A model generated the notes under the pieces. The model ran no database searches. It worked only from the letters and a program-made list of their open reading frames with translations, and was not told the DNA's origin. This document shows positions 1 through 8,789 of a DNA stretch of 64,000 nt, one piece after another; the stretch's first letter is position 1; each line of letters opens with the position of its first letter. Position numbers and translations under genes: made by a program. The DNA comes from an uncultured Solirubrobacterales bacterium. Its GTDB lineage: Bacteria > Actinomycetota > Thermoleophilia > Solirubrobacterales > 70-9. The DNA lies in contig CAVPDR010000001.1 of assembly GCA_963702705.1 (NCBI GenBank), forward strand, positions 100,821 through 164,820. Reading direction: 5' to 3'.

Positions 1-216
1 GCTCGTGTCCTGACCCGCACCCGAGGCCCAGAAGAGCGTCGACCACTTGCCGCTGTTAGACAGCGGGTTTTCCGTGCGATTGAGCGCATCTAGGGTCGGC
101 AGGACGTTGATTTCTTCGGCGGTGCTCGCCGAAGCCGGCGCTGAGCTGAAGGTCAGAAGCAAGAGGGCCAATAGCGCCCCAAGCGATACGACACGACCGA
201 CCACGGACATCCTCAT
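1..216 (-). CDS. secreted protein, N-terminal part only (gene runs off the left edge)
   Basis: Minus-strand ATG at 216 is preceded by a GGGGGGAGAG Shine-Dalgarno-like run. Translation MRMSVVGRVVSLGALLALLLLTFSSAPASASTAEE looks like a signal peptide, and the frame stays open to position 1. Confidence 0.5.
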   Translation of the reverse strand, partial: MRMSVVGRVVSLGALLALLLLTFSSAPASASTAEEINVLPTLDALNRTENPLSNSGKWSTLFWASGAGQDTS

Positions 217-338
217 GACTCTCCCCCCACCTCTCGCAGTTGCTGACCTAATGCGGTCGCGAGCTTGTCATCTAATGTGAAGTCGCGCTAGAGCAATGTG
301 CTCTATATACGGAAGCCGATAGCGCATCGTGCGGCACC

Positions 339-1532
339 TTACTTTTGGTGCAGTTCGTCTAAACGCAGTGCGATCTCGAGATCGACGGCGCACTCCTGAA
401 TCGGACGACCGAGGGACCGCTCGATGACGAGAAGGCGTCGCGACACGGTATTTCTGTCTACGCCCAACATGGCCGCCGCCGAGGAGACGTTGCGACCTGA
501 GCGAAAGTAGGCGCGCGCGGTGTTTTTTGCGTCGGTGACGCCCGCCGCGCCTCGTTCGAGCGGATCGAGGTAGAGCTCGCGCAGCGAACTGGCTAACACA
601 TCGTCTTGAAGCGCGGAGGCCAAGATCGCAACGTCCCCGTAGCGAACCACCGAGCTTTGACCGCGGTGCGCAACCAGCGCGGCCGTGACGGCCTGCCGGT
701 GACTGAGGCGCCAGCCCGAAAGACCGCGCGCAGGCTCGCCAAGGGCGAAATCGACCTCCAGTGGGCCCGCGTCGCCAAGGGCGCAGGTGATGGCGGCGAC
801 ATGATCGGGGCTGAAAGCCCGCTGTCCGCCCAGCCAAGCCCAGCCCACGTCGCGGTCCGCGGTAACGAACAAAAGGGCACGATCGGAGGAGGAGGCAAGT
901 TCGCGAATGACTTCCTCCCCGCCCGCACCGTTGGCAACCACGGCCAGGTGATGCCCGTCGAGCTCATAGTCAAAGCTCGAGGCCTCGTGCCACTCTCCGG
1001 CCAAAAGAGCGCGCACTCCCTCCGCCTTGATCGCCTCCGAAGTATGGATCTTCCGCCTCGCACAGCGCTCGAATTCGGCGCCGACAGAAGCAACGAGGCG
1101 TTCGAAAGCGACCGAGAGGTTGTGGAGGACGCGCCTGAGCTCGTCGCGGTCGAGGTGCTCGGCCTCCTCCATGAGAGCGTCGCCGAGGATACGGTAGCCG
1201 GCCCCGTAGCGGCGCAGCATCACCTCCAGGGGAATTTGGTTGAGCTCAGCGAGCCTGGCCTGGGCAAGCAAGGGCGGCGGGGGTGCAAGTGAGCGCTCTC
1301 CCCGCTCGATCGCAGCCAGCCCGTACTCGAGTGCGGTCGGAATCGCAGCCCGTAAGCTCTCGCCGTAGGCAGGATCGCGCGCCTCCCTGGGATCGGCAAT
1401 CGCGAACGACCGGGCCAGCACGGCCTCCTCGATCTCTGGCAGACGGCTGCGCAGCCGTTCGGCAAGGCAGGAGCGATCCCCGACGCCCCCCTGCCCATCT
1501 TGAGAAGAAACTGGCATGACGTTTACCTCCAT
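339..1532 (-). CDS. PucR/CdaR-type transcriptional regulator
   Basis: 397-aa ORF. The C-terminus ARAYFRSGRNVSSAAAMLGVDRNTVSRRLLVIERSLGRPI matches the PucR C-terminal HTH pattern. Confidence 0.75.
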   Translation of the reverse strand: MEVNVMPVSSQDGQGGVGDRSCLAERLRSRLPEIEEAVLARSFAIADPREARDPAYGESLRAAIPTALEYGLAAIERGERSLAPPPPLLAQARLAELNQIPLEVMLRRYGAGYRILGDALMEEAEHLDRDELRRVLHNLSVAFERLVASVGAEFERCARRKIHTSEAIKAEGVRALLAGEWHEASSFDYELDGHHLAVVANGAGGEEVIRELASSSDRALLFVTADRDVGWAWLGGQRAFSPDHVAAITCALGDAGPLEVDFALGEPARGLSGWRLSHRQAVTAALVAHRGQSSVVRYGDVAILASALQDDVLASSLRELYLDPLERGAAGVTDAKNTARAYFRSGRNVSSAAAMLGVDRNTVSRRLLVIERSLGRPIQECAVDLEIALRLDELHQK

Positions 1533-1651
1533 CTCAGCGAGCTGAGCGCTCCCCGAGCCCCGCGCTCAAGGGTAGCGGAGGAAACCACACCGAGATTTCA
1601 GCGCAAGCTGCCGCAATCCGCGCCAGGTCTGCTTTCCGGCCTCACCGGCAC

Positions 1652-2281
1652 CTATAGAAGAGCCACGAGGGCTTCCAGCGGCGCAGCGTCGGTGCTCTCT
1701 CCCTGAACCGCCCGCCGAGCAACGAGGGAGACCATCGCGGCCGCCACGGCCCACGCCACATCGGGGGAGGCGGGCGGATCGGCGGTCGATTCCGTCAGCA
1801 GCGCGGCGAGTCGCTCAATCGCTTCGTGCTGGACACGCGCGCCCTCGACGCCGGCGGCGAGGACCTCGACGCTCAGCAGGCGCGCCGTAGGCGGGTCGGC
1901 TGCCAGCAGCTGGGCCGCGATGCGAGCCCCGGCGCATGCCCTTCCCCCCTCTCCCGCCTCGGCCGCGCATGCGCCCACGATCGCTTCCAGCAGCCGCTCG
2001 AAAAGCTCCCTGAAACTTGCCAGCATGCAGGCGCGGCGGTCCTCGAACTGGCGATAGAAGCTGGCGGTGGATACACCGGCCCGCTTCGTCACCTCGGCCA
2101 CTGAGGACTCCGCGTACCCTCGCTCCGCGCAGACCTCTGCCATCGCCGCGATCAGCCGTTCGCGCTGGTTGCGCCCGACCAGCTCCGGAGGCAGCCCGTG
2201 GGGGCCCGGGCGCAGCCGTCGCATGGGCTCCTGGTCGGGTTCGCTCACCCTCCCAGGATAGTCGGCGTTCCCGAAGGGCAT
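1652..2281 (-). CDS. TetR family transcriptional regulator (array member 1)
   Basis: N-terminal HTH RERLIAAMAEVCAERGYAESSVAEVTKRAGVSTASFYRQFEDRRACMLASF, preceded by the LRPGPHGLPPELV leader shared with its neighbours. Confidence 0.85.
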   Translation of the reverse strand: MPFGNADYPGRVSEPDQEPMRRLRPGPHGLPPELVGRNQRERLIAAMAEVCAERGYAESSVAEVTKRAGVSTASFYRQFEDRRACMLASFRELFERLLEAIVGACAAEAGEGGRACAGARIAAQLLAADPPTARLLSVEVLAAGVEGARVQHEAIERLAALLTESTADPPASPDVAWAVAAAMVSLVARRAVQGESTDAAPLEALVALL

Positions 2282-2334
2282 GCTACGTACCGAGACCTTT
2301 CACGCTGAGAGATCCCGCGTGCCCTCGGCGGCGA

Positions 2335-2988
2335 CTAGGACCGGGCGAGGCGACCAGCTTCCTCGGCCCCCAGGTATGGGCTGAGGATGAATTCGGCGAA
2401 CTCCGGGAGGAGGTCGCCGAGCCGCTCGGACTCGCCGACCGCCACCTTGCGCGAAGCCAGCATTACGAGGGCGCCGATCGTCGACTCCTCGGTGGTGGGG
2501 GGAAGCTCGCGCTCGCCGCTGCGCAGGCCCCGGCCCTGTTCCAGGTACGGGACGACCTCGTGAACCGCCTCATGGAAGCGCGAGGACACGGCCGGACCGG
2601 CTGCCTGCGACTCGACCAGACAGAGGCGCGCGAGGTCGGGCTCGGCGGCGAAGAAGGCGAGGACGGCGCGAGCGGCGGAGATCGCCCGCTGGGGCCACTC
2701 GTCGCCTTCGGCGACGGCGTCGCCCGCCAGCTCCCGGACGTACCCGACAACCACCTCGAAGGCAGCCAGGAAGCACTCCTCCTTGCCGGCGAAGTTCTCG
2801 TAGAAGACCCGGCGGGAAACCCGGGCCTGCTTGGTGATGTCGGTGATCGTCACCGCGCGGTAGCCCCTTTCCGCGACTGCCGCGGCGAGGCCCGCGATCA
2901 GGCGCTCACGCTGGTTGTGGGCGACCTGCTCACGGCTGAAGCCGTGGCGGCCGGCCGGAAGGGGCCCGAGCGTTTCCTCTGCGGCCAT
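2335..2988 (-). CDS. TetR family transcriptional regulator (array member 2)
   Basis: LPAGRHGFSREQVAHNQRERLIAGLAAAVAERGYRAVTITDITKQARVSRRVFYENF, with C-terminal LLPEFAEFILSPYLGAEEA. The ATG at 2988 was chosen over the ORF-track start at 3060 because it avoids overlapping the next gene. Confidence 0.8.
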   Translation of the reverse strand: MAAEETLGPLPAGRHGFSREQVAHNQRERLIAGLAAAVAERGYRAVTITDITKQARVSRRVFYENFAGKEECFLAAFEVVVGYVRELAGDAVAEGDEWPQRAISAARAVLAFFAAEPDLARLCLVESQAAGPAVSSRFHEAVHEVVPYLEQGRGLRSGERELPPTTEESTIGALVMLASRKVAVGESERLGDLLPEFAEFILSPYLGAEEAGRLARS

Positions 2989-3001
2989 GCCCGATCGCCG
3001 C

Positions 3002-3679
3002 TCAGGCCGAGCCGGCGCCAGCGCGGCCGGCCTCGCGCGCCGCCACGTCCTCGCCGACATAGGGCCGCAAGAGGAACTCGAGCGCCTCCGGCAGGAGCGC
3101 TCGAAGCTGCTCGGCTTCGCCGGCGATCAGGCGCTGGTTGATCACCCAGAGCACCCCGCCGAGCAGCGTCTCCTCGAGGTTCTCGGGCAGCATCTCGCTG
3201 CGCGGGTTGAGCTCGCGGCCGGGCCTCAGCATCGGCACGAAGCGCTTCAGCGCCGCCTCGTGGCGCGCCGCTGCCGCGGCGCCCGCGGTGGGCGCCTCGA
3301 CCAGGCAGGCGCGGGCCACGCCCGGATGAGCGGCGGCCAGCTTCAGCAGCGCCCCCAGCCCGGCCCCGACCTTGTCCGGCCATGGCCCGTCTTCGCGGTC
3401 GTAGGCTTCCTCGACCTCGTAGAGCGTGCGGTCGACTGCCGCGTCGAGCAGGGCAAGGAAAGCCTCGTCCTTGTCGGCGTAGTGTTTGTAGAAGGTCGCG
3501 TAGCCGACCCGGGCGCGGCGCACGACCTGCTCGATCGTCGTCTCGGCATAGCCCTGCTCGGCGACGAGGTCCGCGGTGGCCTCGAGAACGCGGCGGCGCT
3601 GGTCGTCCGCGGCCGCCGCGCGGCTGACCGGCTCGGGGCCGGGCGGCTGCCGGGAAGCCTTTCCAGGCAATGCGCGCAC
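3002..3679 (-). CDS. TetR family transcriptional regulator (array member 3)
   Basis: RRRVLEATADLVAEQGYAETTIEQVVRRARVGYATFYKHYADKDEAFLALLD, with C-terminal LLPEALEFLLRPYVGEDVA. The start is uncertain: GTG at 3679 is proposed because codons upstream of it are AT-rich and look non-coding. Confidence 0.75.
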   Translation of the reverse strand: MRALPGKASRQPPGPEPVSRAAAADDQRRRVLEATADLVAEQGYAETTIEQVVRRARVGYATFYKHYADKDEAFLALLDAAVDRTLYEVEEAYDREDGPWPDKVGAGLGALLKLAAAHPGVARACLVEAPTAGAAAAARHEAALKRFVPMLRPGRELNPRSEMLPENLEETLLGGVLWVINQRLIAGEAEQLRALLPEALEFLLRPYVGEDVAAREAGRAGAGSA

Positions 3680-3765
3680 AGGGTCAGGATAGCGCGCGTT
3701 CCCATTGGTACGAAGGCAGTATATGAAGTGACACAAGTTCCCAAAAAAGGGCTAAGGTACCCCGA

Positions 3766-4437
3766 GTGGATGGTCCGACCACATTGCGCGCGGTTCGCTC
3801 GTGGGACGAGGCGGTTCCGTTGCGAGCGTCGGATGAGGGGGCGCTGGAAGCGATGTTGCTCGCCGTGGGTGCCAAGGGCTACGGCAGGGCGACGGTGCAG
3901 GAAGTTCTGGAGCGCAGCGGGGTCTCCCGCGACCGCTTCCAGCGCCGTTTCGGCAGCAAGGAGGCCTGCTTCGCCCAGGCCTATGAGATGGCGGTGGAGA
4001 GGATCTGCGCGGAAGTGCTCGAGGCGGCTCGGGGAGCCGAGAGCTGGCGGGCGGGCTTCCGCGCCGCCGTGGCCCGGCTGCTGCGCACCGCTGCCGAGCA
4101 GCCGCTCCTGGCGAAGGCGCTGCTGATCGAGGTGCGGGCGGCGCGTGGCCAGGCGTGGGCCAAGCACCAACAGGCAATCGAGCGGCTCGCCGCGGCGGTC
4201 GACTCGGCTCGCCAGGAACCTGGCGCAGCGCCCGCCCCCACTCCCCTCACCGCCCAATTCATCGTCGGCGCGGTCGAGGAAGCGATCTGCGCTGAGATCG
4301 GCGCCGGCCGCACCGCCACCGTCGAGCGCCTCCTTCCCGACCTCGTTCACCTCGCTGTCCTGCAGTACTTCGGTGAGGACGAGGCGTGGCTGGAGCTGGG
4401 CTCCCCCGACCTCACCCCGGTCGACCCGAGCGCCTGA
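3766..4437 (+). CDS. TetR family transcriptional regulator (array member 4)
   Basis: LEAMLLAVGAKGYGRATVQEVLERSGVSRDRFQRRFGSKEACFAQAYE, with C-terminal LLPDLVHLAVLQYFGEDEA. Divergent from member 3. Confidence 0.8.
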   Translation: MDGPTTLRAVRSWDEAVPLRASDEGALEAMLLAVGAKGYGRATVQEVLERSGVSRDRFQRRFGSKEACFAQAYEMAVERICAEVLEAARGAESWRAGFRAAVARLLRTAAEQPLLAKALLIEVRAARGQAWAKHQQAIERLAAAVDSARQEPGAAPAPTPLTAQFIVGAVEEAICAEIGAGRTATVERLLPDLVHLAVLQYFGEDEAWLELGSPDLTPVDPSA

Positions 4438-4440
4438 CGC

Positions 4441-5802
4441 TCAGGCGGGCTCCTGGGCCAGCTTCGCTGCCTCGGCGCTGCCGACGTACGGGGTCAAGGT
4501 GAACTCGACCAGGTCGGGCAACAGCTCCTCCAGCTCCTCGGCCCTGCCGGCGATGATGCGGCGGGAGATCAGCGAGACCATGCCGCCGACCAGGGCCTCC
4601 TCGGTGGTCGGCGAGAGGCGGGCGAGAACCTCGGGTGGGCGGCCCTCGCGGCCGCTCTGAAAGTAGGGGACGAAGCTCTGGATCGCGGCGTCGTAGCGCT
4701 CGACCACGACCGGGCCGGCAACCAGCGCCTCGACCATGCAAAGGCGGGCCAGGCTCGGCTCGGCGGCGAGGAACTCGAGCATCGCACCGATCCCGGCTTT
4801 GACCGCGTGGGGCCAGTCGTCGGCGCCCTCGAAGGCAGCCGAGACGCGATCGCGCAGCTCCGCCATCACCGTGTCGTAGGCCGCGACGAAGCACTCGTCC
4901 TTGCTCGAGAAGTGCTCGTAGAAGGTGCGCCGCGAGACCGCCGCGTGGCGGGTGATGTGGGCGATCGTCGTACCCGAGTAGCCGTTTTCGGCAATTGCCT
5001 CGGCGAGGCCGGCGATCAGGCGCTCGCGCTGGTTGTGGACGACGAACTCGCGCGGCAGACCGTGACGGCCGGGCGGGAGGCGCGCCAGCTCAGGCGGGTA
5101 ATCCTCGGCAGGGACGCTGGTCCCGCCGGATTTACCGGAGGAAGATTTTTTAGCCACATCCCGACGATATCGCGCTGGCGGGTCGAAGCCACGCGCCAAC
5201 TCGGCCAGCCCCGCCTCGACGCCGAGATACGGCATTACCGCGGCAGACATCAATTGGGGAATCAGGTCCGGCAGCTCGTCCGCCTCTCCCCGCACCACCT
5301 TGGCGTAGACCTGGCCGTAGGCCGAGCCGGCCAGGGCCTCGGCGGTGGTGTGGGGAACCGATTCCGGATCGTCCATCTCGTTGCGGCCGGCATCGATCAG
5401 CGAGGCGATCACCCGCATCGTCATGTCGCGGCGTGCGCGAGCGGCGTCGCCGGCCGAGAGCACCTCGACCGCGAAGGACGCCCGGTTGGGGTCGTGGCGA
5501 AGGTTGTCGACGATCTCGCAGGCGACCGCGCGCAGACGGTCGGGCCATTCCTCGTGGCTGTTGAAGGCCTCCAGCATCTCCCTCATGCAGCCCTCGTTGA
5601 TCTCCTGCCAGGCGCTGAGGAAGCAGTCGTACTTGCCGCGAAAGTGGCGGTCGAAAGCGGGTCGGTCGAGTCCGGCGCGGTCCAGGATCAACTCGATCGT
5701 GGTCTCCGCATAGCCGCGCTCGGCGGCGATCTCGATCAGGGCCTCGACGATGCGCTCGCGCTCGGGACTGGCGGCGCGCTCGCGAGTCTCCAGGTCAAGC
5801 AC
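4441..5802 (-). CDS. fused tandem (double) TetR regulator (array members 5 and 6 in one polypeptide)
   Basis: 453 aa with two complete TetR units. Unit 1: RERIVEALIEIAAERGYAETTIELILDRAGLDRPAFDRHF ... LIPQLMSAAVMPYLGVEAG. Linker: KKSSSGKSGGTSVPAEDYPPELARLPPGRHGLPREFV. Unit 2: NQRERLIAGLAEAIAENGYSGTTIAHITRHAAVSRRTFYEHF ... LLPDLVEFTLTPYVGSAEA. Confidence 0.85.
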   Translation of the reverse strand: MLDLETRERAASPERERIVEALIEIAAERGYAETTIELILDRAGLDRPAFDRHFRGKYDCFLSAWQEINEGCMREMLEAFNSHEEWPDRLRAVACEIVDNLRHDPNRASFAVEVLSAGDAARARRDMTMRVIASLIDAGRNEMDDPESVPHTTAEALAGSAYGQVYAKVVRGEADELPDLIPQLMSAAVMPYLGVEAGLAELARGFDPPARYRRDVAKKSSSGKSGGTSVPAEDYPPELARLPPGRHGLPREFVVHNQRERLIAGLAEAIAENGYSGTTIAHITRHAAVSRRTFYEHFSSKDECFVAAYDTVMAELRDRVSAAFEGADDWPHAVKAGIGAMLEFLAAEPSLARLCMVEALVAGPVVVERYDAAIQSFVPYFQSGREGRPPEVLARLSPTTEEALVGGMVSLISRRIIAGRAEELEELLPDLVEFTLTPYVGSAEAAKLAQEPA

Positions 5803-5835
5803 TAGCTCATGGGACCTCCGATCCCTGCCCCTGGC

Positions 5836-6486
5836 TCAACCCGCAGTGGGTGTCGATGGTTGTTCGGCGGCGATCCGCTTGGCTGCCTCGGCGCCGAGAT
5901 AAGGAGTGAGGGAAAACTCGACCAGCTCCGACAGCAGGCTCTCGATCTCCTCGGCCTGCCCCATGATGATGCGCTGATAGAGGATCCAGAAGATGCCGCC
6001 GACGATCGTCTCCTCCAGCGTCGCCGGCAGCTCCTCGCCCTTCGAGGAGACCTTGCGGCCCATGCGGAAGAGCGGCACGAAGGCCTGGATCGAGCGCTCG
6101 TAGCGCTCGACCGCGGCCGGCCCGGCGGAGAGCGCCTCGACGATGCAGGTGCGGGCCAGCGCCGGCTCGGTGGCGACGTAGTGAAGGAAGGCGGCGAGGC
6201 CGGCGTTGACCCGCGCGGGCCAGGTGTCGACCTTGCTGGCGGCATCGACGACACGGCGCAGCGCCTCCTTGACCGCGAACTCCGAGGCGGCGAGGAAGCA
6301 GTCCTCCTTGGAGGAGAAGTTCTCGTAGAAGGTGTTGCGAGCGATGCCGGCCCGGCGGACGATGTCGGCGACGGTTACGGCGCGATATCCCTTCTCGACC
6401 GTCTCCTCCGCCAAGGCGGCGATGATGCGGGCCCGCTGGTGCTGGGCGATGAACTCACGTGGCAGTGGATGGCGCCCCGGCGGCAT
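5836..6486 (-). CDS. TetR family transcriptional regulator (array member 7)
   Basis: MPPGRHPLPREFIAQHQRARIIAALAEETVEKGYRAVTVADIVRRAGIARNTFYENF, with C-terminal LLSELVEFSLTPYLGAEAA. The ATG at 6486 is preferred to the ORF-track start at 6552. Confidence 0.8.
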   Translation of the reverse strand: MPPGRHPLPREFIAQHQRARIIAALAEETVEKGYRAVTVADIVRRAGIARNTFYENFSSKEDCFLAASEFAVKEALRRVVDAASKVDTWPARVNAGLAAFLHYVATEPALARTCIVEALSAGPAAVERYERSIQAFVPLFRMGRKVSSKGEELPATLEETIVGGIFWILYQRIIMGQAEEIESLLSELVEFSLTPYLGAEAAKRIAAEQPSTPTAG

Positions 6487-6525
6487 TCTGGTCGCTTGCG
6501 GAACGCGGTCGGACACGAACGCCAG

Positions 6526-6586
6526 GGTACCCCTACAGGTATCTGATTCCAAGCTGGACGTATTGACCAGATACCGCTACAGTACC
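6526..6586. promoter_or_regulatory. operator-like palindromic region in a divergent TetR promoter
   Basis: Inverted repeat GGTATCTG (6538-6545) / CAGATACC (6568-6575), flanked by GGTAC/GTACC and by direct copies of CTACAG. It lies between two divergently transcribed TetR paralogs. Confidence 0.45.
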
Positions 6587-6632
6587 TGACTCCAGACAAC
6601 CCGTTCCCTTGATCGAGCAGAGGAAAGGTCAG

Positions 6633-7325
6633 ATGGGAAAGCAGGCCGCACCCGAGGTCCAGGCAGGGGCTGAAGGGACCGCCGCGACGGGGAAGGTTTA
6701 CCCCGAAGCTCCCGCACTCAGACTGGTGAGTTCCCCGAAGCGTCAGAAGATCCTCGAGGGAATGCTCGAGGTGGTCGGCAGCAACGGTTACGACGCTGCG
6801 TCCGTGCGTATGGTGCTCGACCTGACCGGCCTCTACCGGCAGGCCTTCTACGACGAGTTCCCCGACGTGGAGAGCTGCTACCTGGAGGCATTCGACTTCG
6901 GCGTGGGCCGGCTGGAAGCGGTCGCACGGGCCGCGGGAGCCGGCGGGGAGAGCTGGCAGGGCCGCCTTCGGGCCGGGCTCGGCGCACTGCTTTCGCTGCT
7001 CGACGAGGAGCCGAACCTGGGTCGCGCCCTGATCGTCGAGGTCCACGCGGCGGGGCCTGAGGGGCTGAAAAGACGGGCCGCGGCGATGAAAAGGGTGAGC
7101 GATTTCATCGATTCGGCGCGCCACGCCTGCGGAGACGCCGGGGCGCCACCGGCGATCGCCGCGGAGGGAATCGTCGCCGGCATGCACGCGGTGGTCCACG
7201 CAAGGCTGGCCGCAGGCGAGGAAGGCGGCTTCCTCGAGCTGTTGCCCGAGTTCATGTACTTCGCGGTACTGCCCTATTTCGGCGCCGAGATGGCCTCGGC
7301 CGAGATGCAGGCCGCGAAGAGCTGA
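6633..7325 (+). CDS. TetR family transcriptional regulator (array member 8)
   Basis: RQKILEGMLEVVGSNGYDAASVRMVLDLTGLYRQAFYDEFPDVESCYLEAFD, with C-terminal LLPEFMYFAVLPYFGAEMA. The ATG at 6633 follows GAGGAAAGG. Confidence 0.8.
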   Translation: MGKQAAPEVQAGAEGTAATGKVYPEAPALRLVSSPKRQKILEGMLEVVGSNGYDAASVRMVLDLTGLYRQAFYDEFPDVESCYLEAFDFGVGRLEAVARAAGAGGESWQGRLRAGLGALLSLLDEEPNLGRALIVEVHAAGPEGLKRRAAAMKRVSDFIDSARHACGDAGAPPAIAAEGIVAGMHAVVHARLAAGEEGGFLELLPEFMYFAVLPYFGAEMASAEMQAAKS

Positions 7326-7329
7326 GCCG

Positions 7330-8040
7330 TTGGACAGCGCGGGAACGCTGCCCTACGCTGGTTGCGTGGATTCGCCATCGACTTCGAATCCAAAAAGAGC
7401 GCCCGAGGGGCCTTCCGGCCTGCCGCGGGCCTACCTGGTGCGCTCGCAGCGTGAGCGGCTGCTCGAGGCGATGCTGCGGGTCGCGGCGGCGAAGGGCTAC
7501 GAGGCCACCACCGTCACCGACGTGATCGAGGTGGCGGGCCTCTCGCGCGAGACCTTCGAGGAGATGTTCGGCGACAAGCCCACCTGCTTCCTCGAGGCCT
7601 ACGACGCGGTCTTCGACGTCCTCGTCGCCCACGTCACCGCCGCTTTCGAGGCCGCCGGCAGTGAGCCTTGGCCGGAGCGGATCGGCACCGGCCTGCGGGC
7701 GCTGGTCGAGCTGCTCGCGGCCGAGGCCGACATCGCCCGCCTCTCGATGGTCGAGGTGACCGCCGCAGGCGACGACGCGCGGGCCCGCTACCGCGCCGCC
7801 CTCGCCCGCTTCACCCCTTTCCTCGAGGAAGGCCGTGAGTACTCCAACCAGGCCGAGGAACTGCCGGCCGACACCGCCCGCTTCGCGATCGGCGGCGCCA
7901 CTTCGATGATCTTCGACGAGATCCGCGCCGGACGAGGGCCGGAGCTGGTGCGCATCCTCCCCGACCTGGTCTTCGCCGTGCTGATGCCCTACCTCGGCCC
8001 AGAGGAGGCCGAGGCCGAGATGCGGCGGGTTACGGGCTAG
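7330..8040 (+). CDS. TetR family transcriptional regulator (array member 9)
   Basis: PSGLPRAYLVRSQRERLLEAMLRVAAAKGYEATTVTDVIEVAGLSRETFEEMF, with C-terminal ILPDLVFAVLMPYLGPEEA. The exact start is uncertain. Confidence 0.8.
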   Translation: MDSAGTLPYAGCVDSPSTSNPKRAPEGPSGLPRAYLVRSQRERLLEAMLRVAAAKGYEATTVTDVIEVAGLSRETFEEMFGDKPTCFLEAYDAVFDVLVAHVTAAFEAAGSEPWPERIGTGLRALVELLAAEADIARLSMVEVTAAGDDARARYRAALARFTPFLEEGREYSNQAEELPADTARFAIGGATSMIFDEIRAGRGPELVRILPDLVFAVLMPYLGPEEAEAEMRRVTG

Positions 8041-8789
8041 ACGCCCTCGCCGTGGCGGCCCTCGCCGCCGGCAAAGCGGGCGGCGCCGCGGGCGGCCACG
8101 TCCAGGACCTGACGGCCGAGCTTGTGCTCCAGCGCGATTCCCTCGGCGAGGGGCAGGCCGAAGCCCTCCAGCGCGGCGCGGCGGTCGGCGAGCATCGTCT
8201 CCTGGGGGAAGGCGGCGATCCGCTCGGCCAGCTCCAGTGCCCGTTCCAGGTGCTTGCCCGGTGCGACGACCTCGTTGACGAGGCCGATCCGAAGCGCCTC
8301 CTCGGCCTCAACCGGACGACCGGTGAGGATCAGCTCGAGCGCCCGGCCCATGCCAACGACCCGGGGCAGGCGCTGGGTACCGCCGTCGACAAGGGGCACC
8401 CCCCAGCGCCGCTCGAAGAGACCGAAGGTCGCGCCGGGCGTGGCGATCCGCAGATCGCACCAAAGCGCCAGCTCCACCCCACCGGCCAGGCACCAGCCGT
8501 CGACCGCTGCGATCGCCGGCTTGGCCGGGGTCAGCCGGGTCGGCCCCATCGGTCCGTCGGGATGGTCCACGTTCAGGTCCATCGCCTTCAGGTCGGCACC
8601 GGCGCAGAAGGCCTGGCCGCCGGCGCCGGTGAGGACGAGAACGCGGGCACCATCGTCGGCCTCGAACTCCGTCAGTCCCTCACGAAACGCCTCCGCGGCG
8701 GCGGCGTCGATCGCGTTGCGTCGCTCAGGCCGATCGATCGTCAGCAGCGCCGCTGCGCCGATCCGCTCGTAGCGAAGCTCCCCGCTCAT
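8037..8789 (-). CDS. enoyl-CoA hydratase/isomerase (crotonase) family protein
   Basis: LTIDRPERRNAIDAAAAEAFREGLTEFEADDGARVLVLTGAGGQAFCAGADLKAM is the crotonase-fold signature region. Confidence 0.85.
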   Translation of the reverse strand: MSGELRYERIGAAALLTIDRPERRNAIDAAAAEAFREGLTEFEADDGARVLVLTGAGGQAFCAGADLKAMDLNVDHPDGPMGPTRLTPAKPAIAAVDGWCLAGGVELALWCDLRIATPGATFGLFERRWGVPLVDGGTQRLPRVVGMGRALELILTGRPVEAEEALRIGLVNEVVAPGKHLERALELAERIAAFPQETMLADRRAALEGFGLPLAEGIALEHKLGRQVLDVAARGAARFAGGEGRHGEGV

